Assembly: GCA_029976025.1 (NCBI GenBank)
Contig: JARKNX010000177.1
Coordinates: 8,897-72,896, forward strand
Length of the DNA stretch: 64,000 nucleotides
Direction of reading: 5' to 3'
Source: Aggregatilineales bacterium
GTDB taxonomy: Bacteria; Chloroflexota; Anaerolineae; Aggregatilineales; Ch27
In this document: one piece after another, positions 14,263-24,158 of the stretch
Position numbering within the stretch: position 1 is the stretch's first letter
How the letters are laid out: each line of letters starts with the position of its first letter
The notes under the pieces: generated by a model
What the model was told of the DNA's origin: nothing
Seen by the model: the letters and a program-made list of their open reading frames with translations, nothing else
Database searches by the model: none
Translations under genes and position numbers: made by a program

Positions 14263-17200
14263 ATGACTTTTGTAATGAATGAAGACCACCAGCCAGAGGA
14301 TGAGCATCTGGATCAGGAGGTGCAGGAAACGCCTGAGCAGGGACCTCCGCCTACCCCGCCGTCAACCCCGGCAGTCCGGGTTGAAGTACAGCCCGCCCAG
14401 CCAGCTTCACAGCAGGGAATGCGCCCGGTCCCGCCCCCTCAGGGGCGCAAGCAAGCCGCTAAAAAGCGCGGCGGATGCCTGGTTCCAGCGTTGATTATCG
14501 GGCTGATCGTGCTGGTGCTGGTCGGTATCGCTGTCCTGCTGCCCCCATTCTCGCTGCTGGATCGCCTGACCGGCTCGCAATATGTCGCCCTGAATGCCGA
14601 AACTCCCGGCGTCAGCCATCCGGACGGCCTGACGCTGACCATCGACGCCAGCGACCCCGGACAGGATTTTGCGGTATCACTGGATGCGATTGCCCGGGCG
14701 GACTTCGACAGCGGCCAGACTGAGGCTGAATGGGCCTCCGGCGCACGGGCGGCCCTGCCCCCCGCCCTGACTCTGATCAGCCCGCTTTATACGGTCGATT
14801 ACACCGGCTCCGCCCCCGATACGGTGGCCCTGCGCATTGATGCTCCGGCGGGCGCCAGCCCGGACACAATCGATCTCTATGCCTATGTCCCGGGCAAACG
14901 GCAGTGGGAGTTCGTGCCGTCGCAGTTCGCCGAAGGCAATACGGCCATGGTGACCGATCTGGATTACGTGCCCACTACAATCGGCGTGTTCCAGAGCAGC
15001 GCGGCAAGCCCGGCGGTGATCATCCCGCTGGATGTGACCCAGCCCCTGACCCCCGAAGTAGCCCAGCTCGCCAACATGATTCTGCCGGCGGGCTTGCAGC
15101 CGACGGTGCAGGGCACGCTCCAGGGCAGCCTGGCGGCGAACTTCCAGGCCAACGCCGGGTACGGCGTCCTGCTGGATATCCGCAACTACGCCGATCCGAA
15201 TGCGCTGGACACAGATACTATCGAGACAATCCTGGGCAGCGATGGACTGATTGCCGAGCATATCCGCCAGCTTGCGGCCTGCGTGGAAAGTTGCTATCAG
15301 GGCAGCGCAGTGGACGGCATCGCCATTGACTATCAGGGCATCGACCCGGCCTTCCGCGATCGGTTCTCCCTCTTCGTCCGCGAGCTGGCCCGCGCGCTGC
15401 ACGCTAACGGCCGCAGCCTGCTGGTCGTCCTCCCGGCGGCGCAGGAGCAGGCCGTGGGCGAGCCGTGGGCGACCGGCGCTTACGACTGGCGGGCAATCGG
15501 CCGCTACGCCGATTATGTGCAGGTTGTCATGAGCGACAACCCGATGGACTACGTGCCCGGCGGCCTGGTGGAACGGCTGCTGCGCTGGGGCAAGGGCGAG
15601 ATCAGCCGCTACCAGTTACAGATCAGCCTGTCTTCCGCCAGCCACCAGCAGACAGGCGGCGACACCCCCGCCTTCATCCCCATCAACTATCAGGAAGCCG
15701 TCGCCGGCCTGGGCGATGTCCAGGTGACGACTGAGAGCGAGGGGAGCTACTTCCTGCCGGGGACGACGATCGAGGCGGTGCTCAGCGGCACTCCGGCCAG
15801 CGCCGGCTTTGAGCAGGCCGCCCGGACGCCGTACATTGAATACGAAGAGGGCAGCCGTATCTGGCTGACCACGCCGGGCGCCCTTTTGTACCGGATGAGC
15901 AGCGGCAAGCCGTTCAATATCAGCAGCGTCGCCATCCGCGATCTCCTCAGTCCCGAAGCGATGCCTCACGCGCTGCAGGCAATCGCTGATTTCAGCATGA
16001 ACGCCCCGGCTCCGCTGGAGAATGCGCTTGAGCTGGCGCTCAACTGGACGGTTCTGTCATCGTCCGGCGCGCTCATTCAGGAGAATACGACCGGCCTGAA
16101 CGAGCCATTCCAGTGGGAAGCGGTGGAGCAGGACGGCAACTACGCTATCAACGTCAGCATCGCCGGCGGGGATGAACTGGAAAGCGTCCGGCGCGGTCAG
16201 CAGGTGGCCGTCGCCTACCCGACCCCCACGCCCGCGCCAACCGCCACCCCGACCCCCACCCCGACGCCCACGCCGGTCGTGGTGGTGCAGCAGGCGCCAG
16301 TTCAGCAGAACGCCCCGGCCGCAGCGCCAGCCCCGGTCACCGGGACGATCAGCGGCGGATTCGAGACTGGCGGGCATGTGGCTGACTTCAACAGCGCCGT
16401 GCCCTACATGCAGTCGGCCCGGATGCGCTGGGTCAAGGTGCAGGTGCGTTATAACTACGGAGCCGATCCGGGCGGAAACGGCGGCATAATCCAGGCCGCC
16501 CACGCCAACGGCTTCAAGATACTGTTCGGGTCGGTCGGCTACCCCAACGAGCTGGCCGGCATGGATGAGGGGACTTACTTCGCCGACTTCGCCCGCTTCA
16601 ACGCCGGGCTGGCTTCCATGGGCGCGGACGCGATCGAAGTCTGGAACGAGATGAACATCGATCGCGAATGGCCGACAGGCCGGATCGACCCCAATATGTA
16701 CGCCCGCATGCTTCAGGCGTCATACAACGCGATCAAGGGCGCCAATGGCAGCACGCTGGTCATCAGCGGCGCGCTGGCCCCGACCGGCGCGGAAGGCGCC
16801 TTCGGCACGGACCGGGTCTGGAACGATGATCGTTACTATGCGGGCATGGCTGCCGCCGGCGTCGCCAACTACGCCGACTGCATCGGCGCTCACTACAACG
16901 AAGGCATCGTCCCACCAGACCAGGTCGGCGGCGACCCGCGCGGTGGCTACCCGACTTACTTCCTGACGTCAATGACCAACCGCGCCTGGTCGCCTTTCGG
17001 CGGCTCGCGCCAGGTCTGCTACACCGAGCTGGGCTACCTCTCACCGGAGGGTTACGGCCCGCCGCCGGGCGGCTTCGAATGGGGTGGCAACACCTCCGTC
17101 GCCCAGCAGGCGGCGTGGCTGGCCCAGGCCGCCGTAATCAACAGCAACAGCGGCAAGGTCCGGCTGATGATCATCTGGAACGTTAACTTCACCAACTACG

Positions 17201-17289
17201 CGGGCGATCCGATGGCCGGCTACGCGATTGTGCGCCCCGGCGGCGGTTGCCCCGCCTGTGATACGCTGCGCTCCGTCTCCGGCGGCTGA
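14263..17289 (+). CDS. Membrane-anchored multidomain protein: GH18-like (mutated catalytic motif) + PT linker + clan GH-A hydrolase, paralog B
   Basis: 1008 aa. Pro-rich N-terminus, then TM LVPALIIGLIVLVLVGIAVLL. GH18-like block ...VDGIAIDYQGIDPAFRDRFSLFVRELARALHANGRSLLVVLP. Linker PTPTPAPTATPTPTPTPTP. The C-terminal ~330 aa looks roughly two-thirds identical by eye to paralog A (IEVWNEMNIDREWP, CYTELGY, YAIVRPGGGCPAC). Confidence 0.8.
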   Translation: MTFVMNEDHQPEDEHLDQEVQETPEQGPPPTPPSTPAVRVEVQPAQPASQQGMRPVPPPQGRKQAAKKRGGCLVPALIIGLIVLVLVGIAVLLPPFSLLDRLTGSQYVALNAETPGVSHPDGLTLTIDASDPGQDFAVSLDAIARADFDSGQTEAEWASGARAALPPALTLISPLYTVDYTGSAPDTVALRIDAPAGASPDTIDLYAYVPGKRQWEFVPSQFAEGNTAMVTDLDYVPTTIGVFQSSAASPAVIIPLDVTQPLTPEVAQLANMILPAGLQPTVQGTLQGSLAANFQANAGYGVLLDIRNYADPNALDTDTIETILGSDGLIAEHIRQLAACVESCYQGSAVDGIAIDYQGIDPAFRDRFSLFVRELARALHANGRSLLVVLPAAQEQAVGEPWATGAYDWRAIGRYADYVQVVMSDNPMDYVPGGLVERLLRWGKGEISRYQLQISLSSASHQQTGGDTPAFIPINYQEAVAGLGDVQVTTESEGSYFLPGTTIEAVLSGTPASAGFEQAARTPYIEYEEGSRIWLTTPGALLYRMSSGKPFNISSVAIRDLLSPEAMPHALQAIADFSMNAPAPLENALELALNWTVLSSSGALIQENTTGLNEPFQWEAVEQDGNYAINVSIAGGDELESVRRGQQVAVAYPTPTPAPTATPTPTPTPTPVVVVQQAPVQQNAPAAAPAPVTGTISGGFETGGHVADFNSAVPYMQSARMRWVKVQVRYNYGADPGGNGGIIQAAHANGFKILFGSVGYPNELAGMDEGTYFADFARFNAGLASMGADAIEVWNEMNIDREWPTGRIDPNMYARMLQASYNAIKGANGSTLVISGALAPTGAEGAFGTDRVWNDDRYYAGMAAAGVANYADCIGAHYNEGIVPPDQVGGDPRGGYPTYFLTSMTNRAWSPFGGSRQVCYTELGYLSPEGYGPPPGGFEWGGNTSVAQQAAWLAQAAVINSNSGKVRLMIIWNVNFTNYAGDPMAGYAIVRPGGGCPACDTLRSVSGG

Positions 17290-17304
17290 GCCGCGCACAA
17301 CCAG

Positions 17305-17337
17305 GGCAGGCTTCGTTGTGAAGCCTGCCTTTCTTTC
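17305..17337 (+). terminator. Intrinsic terminator after GH paralog B
   Basis: GGCAGGCTTC-gttgt-GAAGCCTGCC followed by TTTCTTTC, 16 nt after the stop codon. Confidence 0.8.
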
Positions 17338-17368
17338 AGGTCTCTTGAAACAGTAGGAGATACTCCCC

Positions 17369-18826
17369 ATGTCTGTGGAAATCCCTCCCGTTCAGGCGCC
17401 ATCGTCCAACCGCAGTCACAAACGCGCCTTCGTGATTATCTGGAGCGTGCTGACTTTGCTGATCGGCATCGCGACCTTTATCGCCATCTTTGTAGCAACG
17501 GGGTTCATCCTCGGCGGGCCTGAGCCGGCGGTCGTCAGCGCGGCGCAGATCACCACCTCGACGCCCATGAATGCCGCCAGCACCCTGGCCGTGACCCCTA
17601 TCCCCCAGATCACGATAGTCCGACCGACAACAGCGCCACAGGGCGCCGCCCCGGCGCAGCCCGCCGCCACGACGGTCAGGGCGCAGGAACCCACGCCGGA
17701 GCCGACTCTTTCGGCGATGGAGCGCACCGGTTTTGACTTCGGTATCCAGGTGCAGGAAAGCTATGACCTGTACGATTACTGGGCGACCGTCGTCGCTGAC
17801 CAGCTTCACCTGGACTGGATCAAGCAGCAGGTGCGGTGGGGCGATATGGAACCGACAAAGGGCGAGATCGACTGGACCATCCTGGATATCGTGGTCCCGA
17901 TCGCCCACCGGAAGGGCATCACCCTGATGCTGAGCATCGTCACCGCGCCAGACTGGGCGCGTGAAGCGGGCGCAGACCTGTCCAAGCACGGCCCGCCCGC
18001 CAACCCCCAGGACTACGTGAACTTCGTCACCGCCATTCTGAGGCGTTATGGCAGCGAATACCCGGGCACGATCGGCGCGATCGAAGTCTGGAACGAGATG
18101 AATATCGACCGCGAATGGTCTTCTCCGCGCGGCCTGAATACGCAGAACTATGTCAACCTGCTGGCTCAGACCTACAACGCCGTCAAGAGCATTGATCCCG
18201 GCATCATCGTGATCAGCGGCGCGCTTTCCCCCGGCGGCGGCTGGGTGGAGCCGAGCGGCATGGTGAGCGCGATGGACGACTTCGACTACCTGGATGCTCT
18301 GCTGCGCGACGGGTTGCTCAACTATACTGACTGCGTCGGGGCGCACCACAACGGCTACAACATCGGCCCGCGCGTCCCCTGGGACGAAGCGCCGGCTGAT
18401 CCCAACGGCGCGACCGCTCGCTTCCGCGGCCCGTTTGATAACCCCCATCACTCCTGGAGCATGTACAGCACGCTGTCCACTTACGCCAACAAAATCCGGC
18501 TGGCCGGCGGCAGTCAGCCTCTGTGCGTGACCGAATTCGGCTGGGCGGTATCTGAGGACCTGGCCGGGTTCCCGCGGGGCTTCGAATTCGCCCAGGACAA
18601 TACGCTGGAAGAACAGCGGGATTACCTGCTGGGAGCCGTCCAGTGGTTTGAGGAATCGGGCTTTATCTGGTTGGCCTGGATCTGGAACCTCAATTACGGA
18701 GCGCAGGCCGGGTGGGACCCCAACAATGACAATGTGCCATACGCGATTCTGCGCCCGGATAGCGTCCCCGCGCCGGCCTGGGATGCCATTGCCCAGTACC
18801 GTCTGGAGCACTTCAACCAGGAATGA
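17369..18826 (+). CDS. Membrane-anchored clan GH-A hydrolase, paralog C
   Basis: N-terminal TM (FVIIWSVLTLLIGIATFIAIFVATGFIL), Pro/Thr/Ala-rich linker, then a TIM-barrel domain with IEVWNEMNIDREW and CVTEFGW. Confidence 0.8.
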   Translation: MSVEIPPVQAPSSNRSHKRAFVIIWSVLTLLIGIATFIAIFVATGFILGGPEPAVVSAAQITTSTPMNAASTLAVTPIPQITIVRPTTAPQGAAPAQPAATTVRAQEPTPEPTLSAMERTGFDFGIQVQESYDLYDYWATVVADQLHLDWIKQQVRWGDMEPTKGEIDWTILDIVVPIAHRKGITLMLSIVTAPDWAREAGADLSKHGPPANPQDYVNFVTAILRRYGSEYPGTIGAIEVWNEMNIDREWSSPRGLNTQNYVNLLAQTYNAVKSIDPGIIVISGALSPGGGWVEPSGMVSAMDDFDYLDALLRDGLLNYTDCVGAHHNGYNIGPRVPWDEAPADPNGATARFRGPFDNPHHSWSMYSTLSTYANKIRLAGGSQPLCVTEFGWAVSEDLAGFPRGFEFAQDNTLEEQRDYLLGAVQWFEESGFIWLAWIWNLNYGAQAGWDPNNDNVPYAILRPDSVPAPAWDAIAQYRLEHFNQE

Positions 18827-20085
18827 CAAACGCACGAATTCGCCGGGTCAGGCCGGGCGCAGCCGCGCTCAGCCTGACCCTTTTTGCTGCTGTTCTGCTG
18901 GCGGCCTGTGCCTCCGCCTCTCCGACGCCGGCGCCCCCTACCCCTACGCTCGCCCCGTACACAGGCCCGCTGGACTCTGCGCCGATTACCGGGCCGCAGT
19001 TCGAGTCCGTGACCTACGGCATCCAGGCCTTCCTGTGGTGGGACCCGACAGCCCGCCCCTTCGACCTGGAGATGATCCGGCTGATGAACTTCAGCCATGT
19101 CAAACAGATCTTCGGCTGGAACGATATCCAGCCGGGGCCTGATACCTGGGACTGGACAGGGGCCGATGACGTGGTTGCCGAAGTCGCGTATCGCGGCCTC
19201 CGGTTAGTCGCGCGTCTGGATCATCCGCCGGCCTGGGCGATCGTGGACCCGGCCAGCCGCGCCGACGGCGTGCCCTTCAACGTAGAGGCTTACGCCGCGT
19301 TCTGCGGCGCGCTGGCAGATCGTTACCGGGGCCAGATCGCCGGCTATCAGGTCTGGAATGAGCCGAATCTCCAGCGCGAATGGGCGGGGCACACGCCGGA
19401 CGCCGCCGGGTATATCACGCTACTGCGCGCCTGCTATACGGCCATTAAGGCCGCCGACCCCGATGCGATTGTAATTTCCGCCGGGCTGGCTCCAACCGAC
19501 ACCGAGCCGCCGACAGCCGTCCCGGACGAGGAGTATCTCCAGCAGATGTTTGACGCCGGCCTGAGCGATGCCTATGATGTGCTGGGGCTGCACGCGCCGG
19601 GCTACCTCAATCCGCCGGAGATGTCGCCGGACGAGGCGGTAGAAGCGGGCTACCGGCGCTGGATGGCCTTCCGTCACGTTGAAGATATGCGCCGGATTAT
19701 GATCGCCAACGGGGATGCCAATCGCCAGATCGCCGTTCTGGAGTTTGGCTGGACTATCGATCCCGGCATCCACCCGGATTACGCCTGGTTCGCCGTGGAC
19801 GAGCCGACGCAGGCCGCCTATCTTGTCCGGGCCTATCGCTATGCTGTGGAGAACTGGCGGCCCTGGGTCGGGCTGATGAGTATGATCTACATCGCCGCCC
19901 CGGACTGGGACGAGCAGGACGAGGAGTACTGGTGGGCCATTACGACGCCGGGTTATGGCGCGGATTACGGCGTCCGGCAGGCATACATCGATCTGGCTAA
20001 CATGGAAAAGGTGACGGGCGATACAGTTATCCCGGCCCGCGACCCGGAGAATGTGCAACATGAGCCTCTCAGCCCTCGCGATTAG
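18823..20085 (+). CDS. Lipoprotein clan GH-A (GH5-like) hydrolase, paralog D (more divergent)
   Basis: Lipobox LLAAC. Motifs YQVWNEPNLQREW and AVLEFGW. The start ATG overlaps the stop of paralog C (ATGA), suggesting translational coupling. Confidence 0.8.
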   Translation: MTNARIRRVRPGAAALSLTLFAAVLLAACASASPTPAPPTPTLAPYTGPLDSAPITGPQFESVTYGIQAFLWWDPTARPFDLEMIRLMNFSHVKQIFGWNDIQPGPDTWDWTGADDVVAEVAYRGLRLVARLDHPPAWAIVDPASRADGVPFNVEAYAAFCGALADRYRGQIAGYQVWNEPNLQREWAGHTPDAAGYITLLRACYTAIKAADPDAIVISAGLAPTDTEPPTAVPDEEYLQQMFDAGLSDAYDVLGLHAPGYLNPPEMSPDEAVEAGYRRWMAFRHVEDMRRIMIANGDANRQIAVLEFGWTIDPGIHPDYAWFAVDEPTQAAYLVRAYRYAVENWRPWVGLMSMIYIAAPDWDEQDEEYWWAITTPGYGADYGVRQAYIDLANMEKVTGDTVIPARDPENVQHEPLSPRD

Positions 20086-20569
20086 CTACTTCTTTCACCT
20101 GCTGGCAACCATCATCTGGATCGGTGGGCTGGCCCTTCTGGTGCTCGTGGTCTGGCCCGCCGCCCGGCGGGCCTTCGACAGCGATGACCCGCGCCTGGCG
20201 GCATTCCTGGCCGCCCTGCGCAAGCGCTTCGAGCCGCTGGCGAACCTCAGCCTGGTTGTCCTGATCGTCACCGGGATGTTCCAGACAAGTGGCGACCCCA
20301 ACTACGGCGGCTTGCTGGTCTTTGACAATGACTGGAGCCGGATCATCCTGCTCAAGCACATCGCTATGCTGGGCATGGTCGGGGCTGGCCTGATCCTCCA
20401 GTTCGGGATCACCCCGGCTGTGGAACGGCTGGCGTTGCTGCGGTCCGGGGGGCGCCAGGACCCGGCAGCAGAAGCGCGCCTCGCCCGCCGGGAGCGCCAG
20501 TTGTACGCGCTCAGCCTGGGCCTGGGTGTGCTGGTACTGGCTTTTACGGCGGCGGCAACCGCGTTATAA
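20051..20569 (+). CDS. Small polytopic membrane protein (CopD-like, tentative)
   Basis: About 4 predicted TM helices (LLATIIWIGGLALLVLVVW; LSLVVLIVTGMF; IAMLGMVGAGLILQF; LGLGVLVLAFTAAA). The start may be the ATG at 20060, 10 nt after a GGAG. Family assignment is from memory only. Confidence 0.5.
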   Translation: MCNMSLSALAISYFFHLLATIIWIGGLALLVLVVWPAARRAFDSDDPRLAAFLAALRKRFEPLANLSLVVLIVTGMFQTSGDPNYGGLLVFDNDWSRIILLKHIAMLGMVGAGLILQFGITPAVERLALLRSGGRQDPAAEARLARRERQLYALSLGLGVLVLAFTAAATAL

Positions 20570-20664
20570 TCGGCGCGGTATTCCCTGGGATTCTCGCACA
20601 GCGCGACATCTGTAACCGGCTGCCTGCCGCAAATAATTGTCTGCCGGGAACTCTGAGGAGTTGC

Positions 20665-22695
20665 TTGTTGGCACATTCTCGCACATTTGCCGTCGTCGTG
20701 GCGCTTCTACTCCTCTCCGGCGCCCTCCATATATGGAGTCTGGACACACTGCCGCCCGGCTTCAATAACGATGAACTCCAGACGCTGGCCGTGACCGGGC
20801 GCGTGCAGCACGGTCAGCTTCAGGTCTTCGTCCAGTCGGGCGCCCAGGCCCAGGAGACATTCTTCCACATCATTCAGGCCATCACAGCCGGGTTCACCGG
20901 GTCCGGCCTGATCACGCTGCGGATGCCGGCTCTGTGGGCCGGGCTGCTGACGGCGTCGGCAACTTACGCGCTGGCCCGGCGGCTCTACGGCAGCCGGCTG
21001 GCGTTGCTGGCGACGGCGCTGCTGGTGACCGGCTTCTGGCCGGTCCTGCTCACCCGGCTCTCGCTGCGAGAAGCCTTCGTACCGCTCTTCACCGTCTTCA
21101 TCCTGCTCGCGTTCTGCAAAACCTTCCATGTCGCCTGGCGGATCACCCCGGATGCTCCCAGCACCGTCCTCTACTCACTGCTCGGCCTCACGACAGCGGC
21201 CAGCCTGTACGTCCACTGGTACGGCCTCTTTCTGTGCGCCATCATCACGGGAGCGGTCATATATCTCTTCGTCACACGCCAGCCGATCTCGCGCCGGGCG
21301 GCCCGGGCCAGCGGCTTCGCCATCCTGATCTCTATCATTGCCATTATCCCGTACGCTATCACGACCGCCCTGCAGCCCGACGCCAGCGGCCTGGCCTCCA
21401 TGCGTGCGGCGATGTCGCCGCCAAACGCGCTGCAATCGGCGCTCAGCGGGATTCTGGCAATCTTCCCCGACGGCGATCTGAGCGCTGTCTACAATGTGCC
21501 AGGGCGGCCGCTGCTAGGCCCGATCAGCGCCATACTGCTGGCAGCGGGCTGGATCAGCGGCCTGCTCTCCTGGCGGCGCCCGGCCCGTTTCATACCGGCC
21601 ATGGCCGCCCTGATCGGCTTGCTGCCGCTGCTGCTCAGCACAGAAAGTGGCTCATTTCTGGCTGCGGTGGGGGTCCTGCCGCTGCTGTACATTCTGGCAG
21701 GCAGCGGAGCCGGGCAGGTGATGGATTTCCTGACCGCGCACCGGCCAGGATGGCGGCGGGCCGCTCCCTGGTTGATGGCAGCTCTGGTGGTGGCCAATCT
21801 GGTGTGGACCGGCTACGATCTATTTCAAGTCTGGCCAGCTCAGGAAGAGACGCGCATCGCTTACCGGGCCACGCGGGGGCTGCTGGCGCACTATCTGGAT
21901 CAGACCGCCGGGGGCCTGCCCAGCGTGGTCTGCAGCCCGCACCTGACTGATACCGAGGGCGATCCTGGCGATATCACCCTGCTGGAGCTCATGATGCAGC
22001 ACGAGAACGCCCCCATCCGGTTTGTGGACTGCGCCAACGGCATCGTCATCGCCTCAGGCGGGGAGCAGCAGCAGTTCGCTTTTACTGATCGCAGCATCTA
22101 TGAGCGCATGGTCCCGGCTATGCAGCGCTGGCTGACAGGGCATCCAGAAATCGCGGTCCCCGGGCTGGAGCCCGGCAGCGTGCTCGATATTCAGGTAGAT
22201 ACGGAATTACAGGATGCCGTAGGGCGTCTGTTGACCACAGCGCCGGCCGGGTATGCCCCCGAATCGCCCGGCGGGACAGGTCCGGTGAGGTTGCCAGTGC
22301 GCTTCGGCGGCAACATCACGTTCCTCGGTTATGAGCCGCCGGAAAGTACGACATTCGCGCCGGGCGGCGTCATCCCGCTTATTACCGACTGGCGAGTCGA
22401 TGGCGCAGTGCCGCGCGACCTCCGCATCTTCGCCCATGTCCTGTCAGACCCGGCGGCTATCGTCGCTCAAAGCTCAGCTATGAACTCCTGGCCCCCATCG
22501 CTGCGCAGCCGCGATATCTTCATGCAGGCGAACTACATCACGCTGCCAGACTCCATCCCGCCGGGCACGTATGACCTGTCCATCGGCGCTTACCGGGCCA
22601 ACAGTGGAGAGCGCCTGCCCGTCTTCGACGGGGAGGAAGAGCGTGGCAACCGGCTGTTCCTGTACCAGATCACGGTCAAACCGGAGGAAGACTGA
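20665..22695 (+). CDS. GT39/ArnT-like (PMT_2) membrane glycosyltransferase
   Basis: 676 aa. TTG start preceded by GAGGAG. The N-terminal ~430 aa has many TM helices with the early-loop pattern SLDTLPPGFNNDE. A large soluble C-terminal domain follows. Confidence 0.7.
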   Translation: MLAHSRTFAVVVALLLLSGALHIWSLDTLPPGFNNDELQTLAVTGRVQHGQLQVFVQSGAQAQETFFHIIQAITAGFTGSGLITLRMPALWAGLLTASATYALARRLYGSRLALLATALLVTGFWPVLLTRLSLREAFVPLFTVFILLAFCKTFHVAWRITPDAPSTVLYSLLGLTTAASLYVHWYGLFLCAIITGAVIYLFVTRQPISRRAARASGFAILISIIAIIPYAITTALQPDASGLASMRAAMSPPNALQSALSGILAIFPDGDLSAVYNVPGRPLLGPISAILLAAGWISGLLSWRRPARFIPAMAALIGLLPLLLSTESGSFLAAVGVLPLLYILAGSGAGQVMDFLTAHRPGWRRAAPWLMAALVVANLVWTGYDLFQVWPAQEETRIAYRATRGLLAHYLDQTAGGLPSVVCSPHLTDTEGDPGDITLLELMMQHENAPIRFVDCANGIVIASGGEQQQFAFTDRSIYERMVPAMQRWLTGHPEIAVPGLEPGSVLDIQVDTELQDAVGRLLTTAPAGYAPESPGGTGPVRLPVRFGGNITFLGYEPPESTTFAPGGVIPLITDWRVDGAVPRDLRIFAHVLSDPAAIVAQSSAMNSWPPSLRSRDIFMQANYITLPDSIPPGTYDLSIGAYRANSGERLPVFDGEEERGNRLFLYQITVKPEED

Positions 22696-22700
22696 CCTTC

Positions 22701-23666
22701 ATGTTTGAGATTGTCTTCCTCGGCACGTCGGCATCTGCGCCTTCGGTCTATCGGGGCCTGCCCGCCCAGGTGGTGATCGCCGAAGAGTACCGTTTCCTCG
22801 TCGATTGCGGCGAAGGCACCCAGCGCCAGATACTCAAGAGCGGCATCGGCTTCAAGCGCCTGAACCGCATCCTGCTGACGCACGGGCATCTTGACCATAT
22901 TCTGGGGCTGGCCGGGCTGCTTTCCACATTCATGCGGTGGGAGAGTATCGACAGCCTGGAAATCTGGGGCGGCGACCGGACGCTGGATCGGGTCCAGGAG
23001 CTGCTCTTCGGCGTGGTGCTGCGCGGACAGGAAGCGCCGATGCCCATTCACCTGATCGACCTGAAGCCCGGCCTTCTGTTCACCAGCAAGAAATTCACAA
23101 TCGAAGCCTTCCCGGTCACGCACCGGGGGCCGGGTAACTTCGGCTTCGCTTTCATCGAGAAGGCGCGCCGCCCCTTTTTAGCTGAAAAGGCTGAGGCGAT
23201 AGGCGTGCCAGTCGGCCCGGAACGCGGCCTCCTGACGGCCGGTAAGTCGATCACCCTGCCGGGCGGTCAGGTAGTTCATCCTGATGATGTGCTGGGAGAT
23301 GTTATGCCAGGCGCCAGACTGGTCGTGGTCGGGGATGTCGCGCGGACGGACAACCTGCCGGATATCATTCACGGCGCCGACGCGCTGGTGATAGAAGCGA
23401 CTTACTGCGCAGCGGAAGCTGACTTCGCCGAAGATTACGGCCATCTGACGGCTGCACAGGCGGCCCGCTTTGCCGCAGAAGCCGGGGTGCAAACGCTGAT
23501 ACTAACGCACCTTTCCCGGCGAAATCGCGAACGCGACGTGCTGGCCGAAGCGCGGGCGATCTTCCCGCAGACCTACGTCGCCCGCGATTTTGATCATTTC
23601 AGTGTGAGCAAAGGAAAACCGGTCGTCCGCCTCGAGCCTGCGCGAATAACAGACTCAGCCACGTAA
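22701..23666 (+). CDS. rnz: Ribonuclease Z (MBL fold)
   Basis: MFEIVFLGTSASAP...FLVDCGEGTQRQIL...ILLTHGHLDHILGLAGLL...LILTHLSRR, collinear with RNase Z of Bacillus. Length ~320 aa. Confidence 0.85.
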   Translation: MFEIVFLGTSASAPSVYRGLPAQVVIAEEYRFLVDCGEGTQRQILKSGIGFKRLNRILLTHGHLDHILGLAGLLSTFMRWESIDSLEIWGGDRTLDRVQELLFGVVLRGQEAPMPIHLIDLKPGLLFTSKKFTIEAFPVTHRGPGNFGFAFIEKARRPFLAEKAEAIGVPVGPERGLLTAGKSITLPGGQVVHPDDVLGDVMPGARLVVVGDVARTDNLPDIIHGADALVIEATYCAAEADFAEDYGHLTAAQAARFAAEAGVQTLILTHLSRRNRERDVLAEARAIFPQTYVARDFDHFSVSKGKPVVRLEPARITDSAT

Positions 23667-23726
23667 CCGGTTAGCCAGGAGTTATACGCTGCACCGCCCG
23701 AACAGCGGGCGCGCCCGGGAGCCGTA

Positions 23727-24158
23727 TCAGGCTACGACGGTCTTTTGAAGCGCCTGCTGCCGATCCAGTAGATCGTCAAAGCGGGTATTCTGAAGCCGGT
23801 GGATCAGCTCACGCTGAGCATCACACCAGACCTCGTGCACCGGGCAGGTGGATATGTTGGGGCAGACATCTTCGTTCAACACGCAGCGATTGAACGCAAT
23901 TTCGCCATCGATAGCCTCGATTACTTCCAGCAAAGAGATTTCGGCGGCAGGACGCGCCAGACGAACACCGCCGCTGGCCCCCCGCATCGCATCCAGGATG
24001 CCCTTGACCGAAAGCTGCGACACGATCTTGGCCAGAAATGGAAGCGGGATGTTCTCTTCTTCAGCGATCACGGAAGTAGCAAGGCGCTCGCCATCTTTGA
24101 GTTGAGCAACATGAAGGACAGCGCGAACTGCGTAGTCAGCCTGACGAGTGATTTGCAT
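23727..24158 (-). CDS. Rrf2-family transcriptional regulator (three-Cys, likely Fe-S)
   Basis: MQITRQADYAVRAVLHVA winged-helix N-terminus. Cys cluster CVLNEDVCPNISTCPVH. ATG at 24158. Confidence 0.85.
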   Translation of the reverse strand: MQITRQADYAVRAVLHVAQLKDGERLATSVIAEEENIPLPFLAKIVSQLSVKGILDAMRGASGGVRLARPAAEISLLEVIEAIDGEIAFNRCVLNEDVCPNISTCPVHEVWCDAQRELIHRLQNTRFDDLLDRQQALQKTVVA

